Below are positions 8,955-18,122 of a stretch of 56,358 nt of DNA, one piece after another (within the stretch, counting starts at the first letter, position 1; each line of letters opens with the position of its first letter). Source of the DNA: Ichthyobacteriaceae bacterium (GTDB lineage Bacteria; Bacteroidota; Bacteroidia; Flavobacteriales; JADGDT01); contig JADGDT010000005.1 in NCBI GenBank assembly GCA_016744755.1, positions 9,691-66,048 on the forward strand. The letters are read 5' to 3'. Under the pieces are notes generated by a model, which saw nothing but the letters and a program-made list of their open reading frames with translations, was not told the origin of the DNA and did no database searches. The translations under genes were made by a program, and so were the position numbers.

Positions 8955-9947
8955 TTAAAAACCTTCAATACTAATCTCATACATTTTATTCCAATGTTTT
9001 CCTGTAATTAAGAAATTACCATTGTTAAGTTTTGCAATGCCGTTTAGTACACCTTGCCTTCTATGTTTTTCAGCAATATCTCCAAAATATAAATTGTATA
9101 AAACAGCTCCTGTATTATAATCAATAACAACGATGATATCCTTTGTGAAAACATTTGCAAACAAGAATCCATCTACATATTCCAATTCATTTACATATTT
9201 TATCATCCCCTTATTGTCGTATACCTGAAGTATTTTTGCTATAGAATAGCTATTTGGGTTTAGAAAATAAATACTATTTGTACCATCAGACATTATCAAA
9301 TTAGTGCCATCGTTTGTCAATCCCCAACCTTCAAAATCAATGGGAGTGTCTCTGATGTCTATAAGTGATAAATCATCAGGATTAAAAGTTAGTATTTTGT
9401 GTTTTCTGTATGTAAGCCCATAAAGTTTGTCGTTCAAAATTGTTATTCCTTCAGCAAAAATATCATCATCATATTTATACTCTTCTCTTTTTAATTCGGC
9501 TTCTACATTGTATTTTAAAAGTCTAGATTTTTTGTATTCCCCACCCGATTCGTATATTTTTCCTTTGTACTGCTCTAGTCCTTCTGTGTAAGTATCAGAT
9601 CCGTGGCGGTAAGTATTTATAATTTTATATTTAAGATCAGCCACATCGTTGCTAGGATATACAATTATTTTCCTTTTAGCTTGTTTCTTTTTGCCTTCAA
9701 AAGAATACTCGAAGCTAAGATTGTTTTCTCCAATTCTGAATATAGTAGGATCTATATATATTTTATTTTCCGATTTTAGATCATTTACTGTTAAGTCAAA
9801 ATCAATATCTGACTTAATTTTAAGTGTATCACCAAAATGATAAACGGTAGAAGTATTAATATCTGAAAAAGGAATCATTTCTCTTTCGCAAGATTGAGAT
9901 ACAAGTGTGTAAATTATAAATAATGCTGTAAGAACTTTCGAAATCAT
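8955..9947 (-). CDS. Glutaminyl-peptide cyclotransferase (type II, beta-propeller), probable lipoprotein
   Basis: YTEGL, FAEGIT, EGWGLT, SDG, NELE, VLNGIA, TGKHW. ATG 9947 preferred because the TTG at 9974 lies inside a -7 box (9972-9979). Confidence 0.88.
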   Translation of the reverse strand: MISKVLTALFIIYTLVSQSCEREMIPFSDINTSTVYHFGDTLKIKSDIDFDLTVNDLKSENKIYIDPTIFRIGENNLSFEYSFEGKKKQAKRKIIVYPSNDVADLKYKIINTYRHGSDTYTEGLEQYKGKIYESGGEYKKSRLLKYNVEAELKREEYKYDDDIFAEGITILNDKLYGLTYRKHKILTFNPDDLSLIDIRDTPIDFEGWGLTNDGTNLIMSDGTNSIYFLNPNSYSIAKILQVYDNKGMIKYVNELEYVDGFLFANVFTKDIIVVIDYNTGAVLYNLYFGDIAEKHRRQGVLNGIAKLNNGNFLITGKHWNKMYEISIEGF

Positions 9948-10267
9948 CTTTTGTAAATTAAAAACAAGGAGCAAATTTATAAAAGGAATACTTAAATATG
10001 TAGATAATATCTATCTGTTTTAATACTATTTTGTAAGTATGTTATAGCATAAGCATATATAAGTATAACAACAATTGAATTAATAAAACTACTAAAGTGT
10101 TAATAAATTGAATTAATTTTGTGCCTTTGATATATAAAAGACATTGTTCTAAAAAAGCGTCAACATTATTAATGATCTTGTACTTGCTAATAGCAATCTC
10201 AAATTTTTAATAATTATGAACTACTCGAACAAATAGTAAGTATCAACCTATACAAATAAAATCAATA

Positions 10268-10627
10268 ATGAAAATAATAGGACAGTTAGCAATAATTCTT
10301 GCGGTTTACCTCTCAGGATTATTATTAGAGCATATTTTTAGTTTACCTCTTCCGGGAAGTATAATCGGTTTACTATTGATGTTGTTACTACTTCATTTAA
10401 ATATTATTAAGGTTGAAAAAATAAAGCAGGTATCAGATTTTTTTCTAAATAATATGATGTTTTTCTTCATACCTGCTACTGTTGGAATAATGGCTAGTTA
10501 TCAAATACTCGAAGGTTTTTTACTTAAAATCATTGTATTAGTAATGATTTCAGTATTGATAACAATTTCGATTACAGCTTTAGTTGTTCAGTTTATTGCA
10601 AAACGAAAAGACAGAAATAATGGATGA
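10268..10627 (+). CDS. CidA/LrgA family holin-like protein
   Basis: 119 aa, 4 TM; LPLPGSIIGL and FFIPATVG. Confidence 0.92.
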   Translation: MKIIGQLAIILAVYLSGLLLEHIFSLPLPGSIIGLLLMLLLLHLNIIKVEKIKQVSDFFLNNMMFFFIPATVGIMASYQILEGFLLKIIVLVMISVLITISITALVVQFIAKRKDRNNG

Positions 10628-11315
10628 ATTTTTCGAAAACCCTATATTCGGTTTATTCTTAACGTTGGCAATTGGATGGTTAGGAGTTAAGATACGAGAT
10701 AAGAGTGGTAAGAATTGGGTTAATCCAATGCTTTTATCAGTATTAATGGTAATTGTGGTTTTGCTGACTTTAGATATACCTTACGAGAGCTACAAAAAAG
10801 GAGGAGACCTAATACACATGTTTCTTGGTCCAATTACAGTTGTGCTTGCAGTTCCTCTTTACAGTAATCGGGATTACTTGAAAAAATATTCTAAATCTAT
10901 ATTAGTAGGTATTCTATTGGGTTCTTTTTCGGCATTGATTTCGGTAGTTTTTCTTTCAAAACTATTTGGACTAGACGAATTTTTGATGAAATCAATTATG
11001 GGTAGATCTGTAACTACCCCAATTGCTTTAGCAATTGCTGATATGTTAAAAGCCAATCAATCTATAGTGATAATTGCCGTTTCAATTACAGGTGTATTCT
11101 CTATTCTTATAGTTCCTTTTGTTTATAAACTTCTTAAAATAACTCATCCGATTGCGAAAGGTGTTGCATTAGGTACTGCTGCCCATGCAATAGGTACAGG
11201 AAAAGCAATGGAATACGGGCCTCTTGAAGGTGCAATGAGTGCACTTTCTATTGGAATAGCCGGAGTCTTTACTATTGTTTGGATTCTAATTTTTCAAGTG
11301 ATTGGTTTTATTTAA
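10620..11315 (+). CDS. LrgB/CidB family membrane protein
   Basis: NPMLL, LGPITVVLAVPLY, RSVTTPIA, LGTAAHAIGT; overlaps the upstream gene. Confidence 0.92.
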   Translation: MDEFFENPIFGLFLTLAIGWLGVKIRDKSGKNWVNPMLLSVLMVIVVLLTLDIPYESYKKGGDLIHMFLGPITVVLAVPLYSNRDYLKKYSKSILVGILLGSFSALISVVFLSKLFGLDEFLMKSIMGRSVTTPIALAIADMLKANQSIVIIAVSITGVFSILIVPFVYKLLKITHPIAKGVALGTAAHAIGTGKAMEYGPLEGAMSALSIGIAGVFTIVWILIFQVIGFI

Positions 11316-11556
11316 AGACTCTTCTTATTTCTAATTCCAAGAAAAATTAGAGACAAAATAAATACATGTTATCCCTCCAGATACTCATAAGTATTTATCA
11401 ATTATATCTGCTAATAAGTACTCAAAACTATCTCCTTTTTCCATAACTCATCATCAATTAAATCACTTTGTCAATAAACAGTGTGAAAGTTGAAAAAAAA
11501 CATTAATTTTGCACACTATTTTTTTAGAGATAAAAGAGTTAATTATATTGGAGTTT

Positions 11557-11976
11557 ATGGGAAAGTTGCTAGCAATTGATTTTGGAACTAAGCGTATAGG
11601 ATTGGCAGAAACCGATCCCTTACAAATAATTGCTTCTGGATTAGATACTATAGAAAACAAGAAAATATTTGAGTTTTTAGACGGTTATCTAAAGAGTGAG
11701 CAGGTTGATGAAATTATAGTAGGAGAGCCAAAACGAATGGATGATACTCCTTCTGAAAGTGAAAAACACATAAAACCTTTTATAGAAGAGCTCGAAAAAA
11801 AATATCCTAATATTCCTATTAAACGTTTTGATGAACGTTATACTTCAAAAATGGCATTTCAAACCATGATTGATAGTGGAATAGGAAAAAAGGCAAGAAG
11901 AAACAAAGGCTTGATAGATAAGATTAGTGCAACAATTATTTTACAATCTTACATGGAAAGCAAACAGAGTTTTTAG
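11557..11976 (+). CDS. ruvX: YqgF/RuvX putative pre-16S rRNA nuclease
   Basis: LAIDFGTKRIGLA, DERYTS, IDKISATIILQSY. A -7 box TAATTTTG at 11504-11511 supports ATG 11557. Confidence 0.95.
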   Translation: MGKLLAIDFGTKRIGLAETDPLQIIASGLDTIENKKIFEFLDGYLKSEQVDEIIVGEPKRMDDTPSESEKHIKPFIEELEKKYPNIPIKRFDERYTSKMAFQTMIDSGIGKKARRNKGLIDKISATIILQSYMESKQSF

Positions 11977-11991
11977 AATAAAAATAAGAAT

Positions 11992-12573
11992 ATGATATTA
12001 CCAGTAGTAGCCTATGGCGACCCCGTTCTTCGTAAAGAATGTAAAGACATAGATAAAGATTATCCGAAATTAGATGCATTTATCGCAAACATGTGGGATA
12101 CAATGTACAATGCTAATGGCGTAGGTTTAGCTGCTCCACAGGCAGGACGTGCAATTAGATTATTTACAATAGACGCTAATCCTTTTGCCGAAGAAGGCGA
12201 AGAAGATTTCGAGTTTTTAAAAGACTTTAAAAGAGTTTTTATTAATGCCGAAATTATCGAGAGAAGAGGAGAAGAATGGGCTTTTAACGAAGGTTGTTTA
12301 ACAATACCTGATGTTCATGAAGATGTTTTTCGTCCTGAAACTATTGTTATGGAGTACTACGATGAGAATTGGGAATTTCATACCGAAGAATTTAATGGAT
12401 TAGCTGCTAGAGTTATTCAGCATGAGTACGACCATATCGAAGGGATTTTGTTTACCGATAGGTTATCTAGCTTAAAAAAGCGCTTGATAAAAGGGAAGCT
12501 TACTAGTATATCTAAAGGAAAAGTTGATGTTGATTACAACATGAGATTTCCGTTAAAAAAAGGAAGACAATAA
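11992..12573 (+). CDS. def: Peptide deformylase
   Basis: GVGLAAPQ, EGCLT, QHEYDH. Confidence 0.97.
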   Translation: MILPVVAYGDPVLRKECKDIDKDYPKLDAFIANMWDTMYNANGVGLAAPQAGRAIRLFTIDANPFAEEGEEDFEFLKDFKRVFINAEIIERRGEEWAFNEGCLTIPDVHEDVFRPETIVMEYYDENWEFHTEEFNGLAARVIQHEYDHIEGILFTDRLSSLKKRLIKGKLTSISKGKVDVDYNMRFPLKKGRQ

Positions 12574-12681
12574 AATAGTTAAGAATTAATAATCATAAGT
12601 TTTGAGTTAGGTAGTAAAAAATCAGTTTAACTGATTTACTGCATTACTGTTTACTCATCACTATTTTAAAAAATACAAAAG

Positions 12682-13116
12682 ATGAATTTAGAAGGAATTA
12701 TTTCAATAGCTGGAAAAGGTGGATTGTATAAATTATTGTCACAATCTCGTGGTGGATTTATAGTTGAGTCTCTAGTAGACGGTAAACGTTTTCCAGTACA
12801 ATCAACAAACAATGTTAGCTCGTTGAGTGATATTGCAATGTACACTTACGAAGAGGAGGTTCCTTTGGTTGAAGTATTTAATAATATTGCTAAGAAAGAA
12901 AACGAAGGTCTAACACTAAATCACAAAGAGAGCGCAAAAGTATTGAAAGAATATTTCTCTACTGTACTTCCTGATTTTGATGAAGATAGAGTTTACAATT
13001 CTGACATTAAGAAAGTTTTTCAATGGTATAACCTACTTCACGGAGCTGGATTAGTTAAAATATCTGAAGAGAAAGAAGATACTATCGAGGATGCTGATGT
13101 AGTTTCTGAAGACTAG
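12682..13116 (+). CDS. Conserved Bacteroidota protein (DUF5606-like)
   Basis: IISIAGKGGLYKL, SSLSDIAMYT, PDFDEDRVYNSDIKK..WYN. Confidence 0.8.
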   Translation: MNLEGIISIAGKGGLYKLLSQSRGGFIVESLVDGKRFPVQSTNNVSSLSDIAMYTYEEEVPLVEVFNNIAKKENEGLTLNHKESAKVLKEYFSTVLPDFDEDRVYNSDIKKVFQWYNLLHGAGLVKISEEKEDTIEDADVVSED

Positions 13117-13160
13117 TATCTACAAAATATACACTGATTAATTTTCAGTGATAAATATCA

Positions 13161-13200
13161 AAACACCGTATATTCGCAATTGTGATTATGGTGTTTTTTT
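13161..13200 (+). terminator. Intrinsic terminator
   Basis: aaacaccgta/tatggtgttt stem plus T-tract. Confidence 0.7.
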
Positions 13201-13252
13201 ATGATTAGTTATTAGTAATGCTGTAATTTAGTAAAACAGCTAAATCATTAAA

Positions 13253-13303
13253 ACTGCATAACTGTTTTACTGCATAACTGTTTTACTGTATCACTGCTTC
13301 ACT
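13253..13303 (+). repeat. 8-mer tandem array (ACTG-N4)x6
   Basis: actgcata actgtttt actgcata actgtttt actgtatc actgcttc act. Confidence 0.85.
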
Positions 13304-13315
13304 AAATTACAAAAT

Positions 13316-14092
13316 ATGAATTCACGACAAGATAAAATAAAAGCATTTGAGCGTTTGTTAGATATAATGGACGAGTTACGTACAGGTTGCCCCTGGGATA
13401 GAAAACAAACCCTAGAGAGTTTACGTCATCTAACCATAGAGGAGGTTTATGAGTTGGGAGATGCTATTTTAGATAACGACCTTGAAGAAGTGAAAAAGGA
13501 ACTTGGAGATGTTTTGCTTCATATAGTTTTTTATTCAAAAATTGGTTCGGAGTTGGGAGCGTTTGATATTGCAGATGTTGCAAATTCAATAAGTGATAAG
13601 TTAATTTTTCGCCATCCTCATATCTATGGGGATGTTGATGTTGAAGACGAAGAAGAAGTAAAACGTAACTGGGAAGCTCTAAAAATGAAAGAAGGTAGAA
13701 TTTCCGTTTTGGAAGGAGTCCCAAAAACTTTACCCGCTTTAGTAAAAGCATCACGTATTCAAGACAAGGCAAGAGGAGTAGGTTTCGATTGGGATAATGC
13801 CGAAGATGTTTGGAAAAAGGTAGAAGAAGAAACTGCTGAATTTTTGGAAGCTAAAGAGGCTAACGATAAAAAAGCAATGGAAGAGGAATTTGGTGATTTG
13901 ATGTTCTCGTTGGTTAATTACGCAAGGTTTATGAAAATAAATCCAGAGGATGCTTTAGAGAAAACTAACAAGAAATTTATAAAACGTTTTCAGTACATAG
14001 AAAAGAAGGCAAAAGAAAACGGAATAGAAATGAGTGATATGTCCCTAGAAGAAATGGATGTTTTTTGGAATGAAGCGAAGAAAACTGTTTAA
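13316..14092 (+). CDS. mazG: Nucleoside triphosphate pyrophosphohydrolase MazG
   Basis: CPWDRKQT, EEVYE, ELGDVL, KLIFRHPHIYG, EEFGDL, KFIKRF. Confidence 0.97.
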   Translation: MNSRQDKIKAFERLLDIMDELRTGCPWDRKQTLESLRHLTIEEVYELGDAILDNDLEEVKKELGDVLLHIVFYSKIGSELGAFDIADVANSISDKLIFRHPHIYGDVDVEDEEEVKRNWEALKMKEGRISVLEGVPKTLPALVKASRIQDKARGVGFDWDNAEDVWKKVEEETAEFLEAKEANDKKAMEEEFGDLMFSLVNYARFMKINPEDALEKTNKKFIKRFQYIEKKAKENGIEMSDMSLEEMDVFWNEAKKTV

Positions 14093-14153
14093 CTGATTAA
14101 TTGTTGAATTGTTGCCCCAATAGCTATCTGGGGTGAGTTGATTACAAGAAATC

Positions 14154-14234
14154 GTCATCTCGACCAACGACAGGAGTGGAGAGATCTTTTCACTCAACTA
14201 AGATGTTATTTCATCACGATTTCACGACTTCACT
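14154..14234. repeat. Degenerate REP-like palindromic element
   Basis: gtcatctcgac..ggagagatct followed by a decayed partner arm gatttcacgacttcact. Confidence 0.45.
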
Positions 14235-14247
14235 AAAAACTAAAAAA

Positions 14248-14739
14248 ATGAAAATACTACTAATGTCTGATACTCACGGAACGCTTGATGAGTTGATGAT
14301 AAAATACATAAATACTGTTGATGAAGTTTGGCACGCTGGAGATATTGGCAATGTTGACGTTACTGATAGTATCAAAAAAATTAAACCCCTACGAGCAGTT
14401 TATGGCAATATTGACGGAACAGAATTACGCAAGGAATTTCCTCTTCACAATAGATTTGAAATTGATGGTGTAGATGTGTGGCTCACTCACATTGGTGGTT
14501 ACCCAGGAAACTACGCTTACGAGCTAAGAAGTGAAATAAAAAAAAATCCGCCTAAGCTATTTATTAGTGGGCATTCTCATATTTTGAAAGTAATAAATGA
14601 TCAGAAGTTAAACTTGCTTCACATGAATCCTGGTGCAATTGGTAAATCTGGTTTTCATAAAAAACGTACAATGTTACGTTTCGAAATTTCTGATTCTACA
14701 ATTAAGAATTTAGAAGTTATAGAACTGGGAGATAGGTAG
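14248..14739 (+). CDS. YfcE-like metallophosphoesterase
   Basis: SDTHG, HAGD, GNID, GHSH, NPG. ATG 14248 preferred. Confidence 0.92.
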   Translation: MKILLMSDTHGTLDELMIKYINTVDEVWHAGDIGNVDVTDSIKKIKPLRAVYGNIDGTELRKEFPLHNRFEIDGVDVWLTHIGGYPGNYAYELRSEIKKNPPKLFISGHSHILKVINDQKLNLLHMNPGAIGKSGFHKKRTMLRFEISDSTIKNLEVIELGDR

Positions 14740-14743
14740 TCTT

Positions 14744-14781
14744 AGAGTTGCGGGTTACGGGTTACGGGTTGCGGGTTGTGG
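14744..14781 (+). repeat. 7-mer tandem array (CGGGTTR)
   Basis: agagttg cgggtta cgggtta cgggttg cgggttg. Confidence 0.9.
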
Positions 14782-15011
14782 AAGGGAAATATTTATAATC
14801 TTTAAGCGGTATAGATTGCTTCGCATACCTTTACAATTGTCTTGAAAATGTCATTATAGAAAGTAAACTTTCGTTATACCGTTTATACCAACTACACATC
14901 AAAATGCACATTCTATTTTTTACCTAGCTCAACTACATTTTATGGTTTAGTTCTAAACATCATCACAAATAACACAGCCCTTAATACTAATATTTATAAT
15001 AATACATGTAA

Positions 15012-15166
15012 TTATGTGCCAATTCCCACTTTACGCTTTTAGTCCTCAATGGCAATACTATTCACAAACACGTTAGGCGGGTCTTTTGCCCAAAAGCAAA
15101 AGCCAGTCTAACGTGTTGTTCATAGGTCTTCCCATTTCTGGGCTAACACTACAATTGGGGGCATAA
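15012..15166. ncRNA. Long imperfect hairpin; candidate structured RNA or IS110-type non-coding end
   Basis: Five nested stems: 15012-24/15153-66, 15039-45/15140-46, 15048-52/15132-36, 15067-78/15106-17, 15083-89/15096-102. Confidence 0.5.
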
Positions 15167-15405
15167 AAGTAAAAAGAGATGATTGTTAGAACTTAGCCCA
15201 TTTTATTTAAAATTTAGTCCATAACTAAGTCTATACAATAAATTTTAAATTCATATAACAGAACTATACTTCGAATATAAAATAGCATTTTGAAATGAAA
15301 TTAGTATTATCCAATTGTGGTAGGGATTGCTTCGCGTCCCTTTGCTTCAGTCTTGAGAATACAGCACTTCATAAAGGAAACTTTATTCGTGGCATCCATC
15401 CTGAA

Positions 15406-15508
15406 GCGGTAGGGATAGAGGCGGCATCCTTTTTTTAACTCGGGGGGGCGACTTTAAGTCGCACTCCGAGTTAAAAAAAGATATAGCCGAAAGCCCGCTC
15501 GACCGCCC
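15406..15508 (+). repeat. Structured repeat/ncRNA copy 2 (Flavo-1-like)
   Basis: GCGGT-AGGGATAGAGGCGGCATCC-T7..A7-GATATAGCCGAAAGCCCG..ACCGC-CC. Confidence 0.75.
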
Positions 15509-15521
15509 AAATAAAAATTAC

Positions 15522-15557
15522 AAAAAAAGTCCAAGCTGAATTAACAACTTGGACTTT
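15522..15557 (-). terminator. Intrinsic terminator after rho
   Basis: aaagtccaag/cttggacttt stem with an A7 run on the + strand. Confidence 0.8.
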
Positions 15558-15579
15558 ATATTTTATAAACTAATATTAA

Positions 15580-17424
15580 TTAGTCATTCATAGAAATTAA
15601 GAATTCTTCGTTATTCCTTGTTCTCTGAATCTTCTTTTTCATATTTTCAATTGCTTCAAGTGGTGTAAAATCGGCAATATAATTTCTTAATACCCACATA
15701 CGCTGTGCAGTTGAGGCATCTAGCAACATATCGTCTTTACGTGTGCTTGAAGAAATAAGGTCGATAGCTGGATAAATACGACGGTTAGAAATTTTTCTAT
15801 CCAATTGTAATTCCATGTTACCTGTTCCTTTAAATTCTTCGAATATAACTTCGTCCATTTTAGAACCTGTGTCTATAAGTGCAGTGGCAATAATGGTAAG
15901 CGAACCACCATTTTCGATATTACGAGCAGCACCAAAGAAACGTTTTGGTTTGTGAAGAGCGTTTGAGTCAACTCCTCCAGAAAGCACTTTACCCGATGGT
16001 GGCGAAACTGTGTTGTAAGCTCTTGCCAAACGAGTAATGGAATCTAAGAGTATAACTACATCATGCCCAGATTCTACCATACGCTTTGCTTTTTCTAAAA
16101 CAATGTTGGCAACTTTTACATGTCTGTCTGCTGGCTCATCAAAAGTAGATGCTACAACTTCTCCATTTACACTACGTTGCATATCTGTAACCTCCTCTGG
16201 ACGTTCGTCTATTAGCAATACCATCATGTAAACCTCTGGATGATTTGCTGCAATTGCATTTGCAACTTCTTTCAATAAAACTGTTTTACCAGTCTTTGGT
16301 TGTGCTACAATCATACCACGTTGTCCCTTACCAATAGGCGAAAACAAATCTATAATACGTGTAGATATTGTACTCTGCTTTTCTGCCAACTTAAATTTTT
16401 CTGTTGGAAAAAGAGGGGTCAAGTGCTCGAAAGCAACTCTATCGCGGATAAAGTCTGGCTCACGACCATTTATTTTTTCAACTTTTATAAGTGGGAAGTA
16501 TTTCTCGCCTTCTTTTGGAGGTCTAACATTTCCTCTAACCGTATCTCCTGTTTTTAATCCGAATAATCTTATTTGCGATTGGGATACATAAATATCATCA
16601 GGAGACGATAAGTAGTTATAATCAGAAGAACGCAAGAAACCGTAACCATCTTGCATAATCTCTAATACACCTTCGCTAGTAATAATACCTTCGAATTCGT
16701 GCTCTGGAGATTTATACCGACTTTTATTCTTGTAATCACTTTGCTTACGAGGCCCTTTGTTATCTGGTCTTTTGTTTAACTGGTTAGGATTTTCTCTCTT
16801 ATCCTGTTTTTGGTTAGGATTATTTGCCTGCCTATGATTTGGCTCTCTTTTCTGAACCTCTTTTGTAGGTTGTTCTCTTTGTTGTTTTGGAGCATCCTGA
16901 CTTTTCTCTAGACTTTGATTTTGTGTTTCCTGTTGAGGAGCTTTAGGTCTTAAATCTATTTTTGCAGCACGAGAATTATGTGATTTAACTACCTTACTTT
17001 CTACTTTTTTGTTTTCTTCCTTAACAGCATCGTTTTTAGAAATAACTTCTTTTTTGATTGCGGGTCTAGGATTCGGTTTTTTTGCATCTTTAACAATTCC
17101 ACTAGCTTCTGCTCGTTTTCTAGCTTCAACCTTTGCTCTAGGAGTAGGTTTGTTAACTTTTTTTGGAAGTGTATCTTCTGTAGTTTTTCCAGCTATTTCA
17201 GTTGCTTGAGTTTTTGCAACTACCTTAACTTTCTCTACCGCTTTGACTTTTTCTGTTTCAATTTTTACCTTTTTTATTTCAGAAGGATTGTCAGCTTGAA
17301 AGTCTAGTATTTTATATACTAGATCAGACTTATTTAGTTGACTTGTTTTTTTTAGGTTTAATTGTTTTGCAATAGCCTGCAAATCAGAAAGCTTTTTTTG
17401 CTTTAGATCTTCAATACCAAACAT
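15580..17424 (-). CDS. rho: Transcription termination factor Rho with long N-terminal insertion
   Basis: [54 protein letters not shown]. Confidence 0.99.
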   Translation of the reverse strand: MFGIEDLKQKKLSDLQAIAKQLNLKKTSQLNKSDLVYKILDFQADNPSEIKKVKIETEKVKAVEKVKVVAKTQATEIAGKTTEDTLPKKVNKPTPRAKVEARKRAEASGIVKDAKKPNPRPAIKKEVISKNDAVKEENKKVESKVVKSHNSRAAKIDLRPKAPQQETQNQSLEKSQDAPKQQREQPTKEVQKREPNHRQANNPNQKQDKRENPNQLNKRPDNKGPRKQSDYKNKSRYKSPEHEFEGIITSEGVLEIMQDGYGFLRSSDYNYLSSPDDIYVSQSQIRLFGLKTGDTVRGNVRPPKEGEKYFPLIKVEKINGREPDFIRDRVAFEHLTPLFPTEKFKLAEKQSTISTRIIDLFSPIGKGQRGMIVAQPKTGKTVLLKEVANAIAANHPEVYMMVLLIDERPEEVTDMQRSVNGEVVASTFDEPADRHVKVANIVLEKAKRMVESGHDVVILLDSITRLARAYNTVSPPSGKVLSGGVDSNALHKPKRFFGAARNIENGGSLTIIATALIDTGSKMDEVIFEEFKGTGNMELQLDRKISNRRIYPAIDLISSSTRKDDMLLDASTAQRMWVLRNYIADFTPLEAIENMKKKIQRTRNNEEFLISMND

Positions 17425-17644
17425 TTGAATATAGAATTAAATTGTGTTTTTTGATCTTAAAAATATTATGAAAGATTGTTTTAATACTTTTGAGAGTATT
17501 GTGAGTTTTTACTTAATTTGAAGTAAGTTAATTTGAAGTATTACCTCGAAATCGATGCAATTATACAACAATATTTTGTTTTACTACCTACAAAAATAAA
17601 GAATATTGTATTACTTTTGCCAAACAAATAAAAAATAGCGAAAA

Positions 17645-18052
17645 ATGATTCAAAGAATTCAGTCTGTATATTTATTGATTGTGGCAATTTTGGCAGGATT
17701 AGGAATATACTCTCCATTGTGGATAAATGATAAATTAATTATTGTTAAAGGCTTTGATAATATTTATATTTTAGCTTTATTTGCTTCAGTAATCGTTCTT
17801 TCTGTGCTGTCAATATTTCTATATAACAATAGGAAATTACAGTTCGTTTTAGTTCGATTTAATATCTTGATCAACATTATACTGTTGGGCGTTTTCGGAT
17901 ATTATACACAAACACTTTCCGGAGAAACTTTGGTTTCTGAGAAGGAAATTGGGTTAATCATACCTTTTGTTTCAATAGTATTTTTATACTTGACTAACAC
18001 AGCAATTAAAAAGGATGAAGATCTCGTGAAATCTGTAGATAGATTACGATAA
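17645..18052 (+). CDS. DUF4293-like membrane protein
   Basis: MIQRIQSVYL start and AIKKDEDLVKSVDRLR end; -7 box TACTTTTG at 17612-17619. Confidence 0.88.
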   Translation: MIQRIQSVYLLIVAILAGLGIYSPLWINDKLIIVKGFDNIYILALFASVIVLSVLSIFLYNNRKLQFVLVRFNILINIILLGVFGYYTQTLSGETLVSEKEIGLIIPFVSIVFLYLTNTAIKKDEDLVKSVDRLR

Positions 18053-18091
18053 CGCATAAAGACAGCTTTAGTTAATATATATATGCGTATT

Positions 18092-18122
18092 AAAGAGTTC
18101 TGTGAAAACAGAGCTCTTTTTT
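18092..18122 (+). terminator. Intrinsic terminator
   Basis: aaagagttctgt/acagagctcttt stem plus T-tract. Confidence 0.85.

Noticed and set aside
12289-12303. Deformylase motif EGCLT instead of EGCLS
   Set aside because: Conservative change; the metal-binding Cys and HExxH are intact.
15012-15166. SRP RNA, tRNA or retron msr-msd identity for the long hairpin
   Set aside because: No SRP GGAA-loop domain, no cloverleaf, and no reverse transcriptase nearby.
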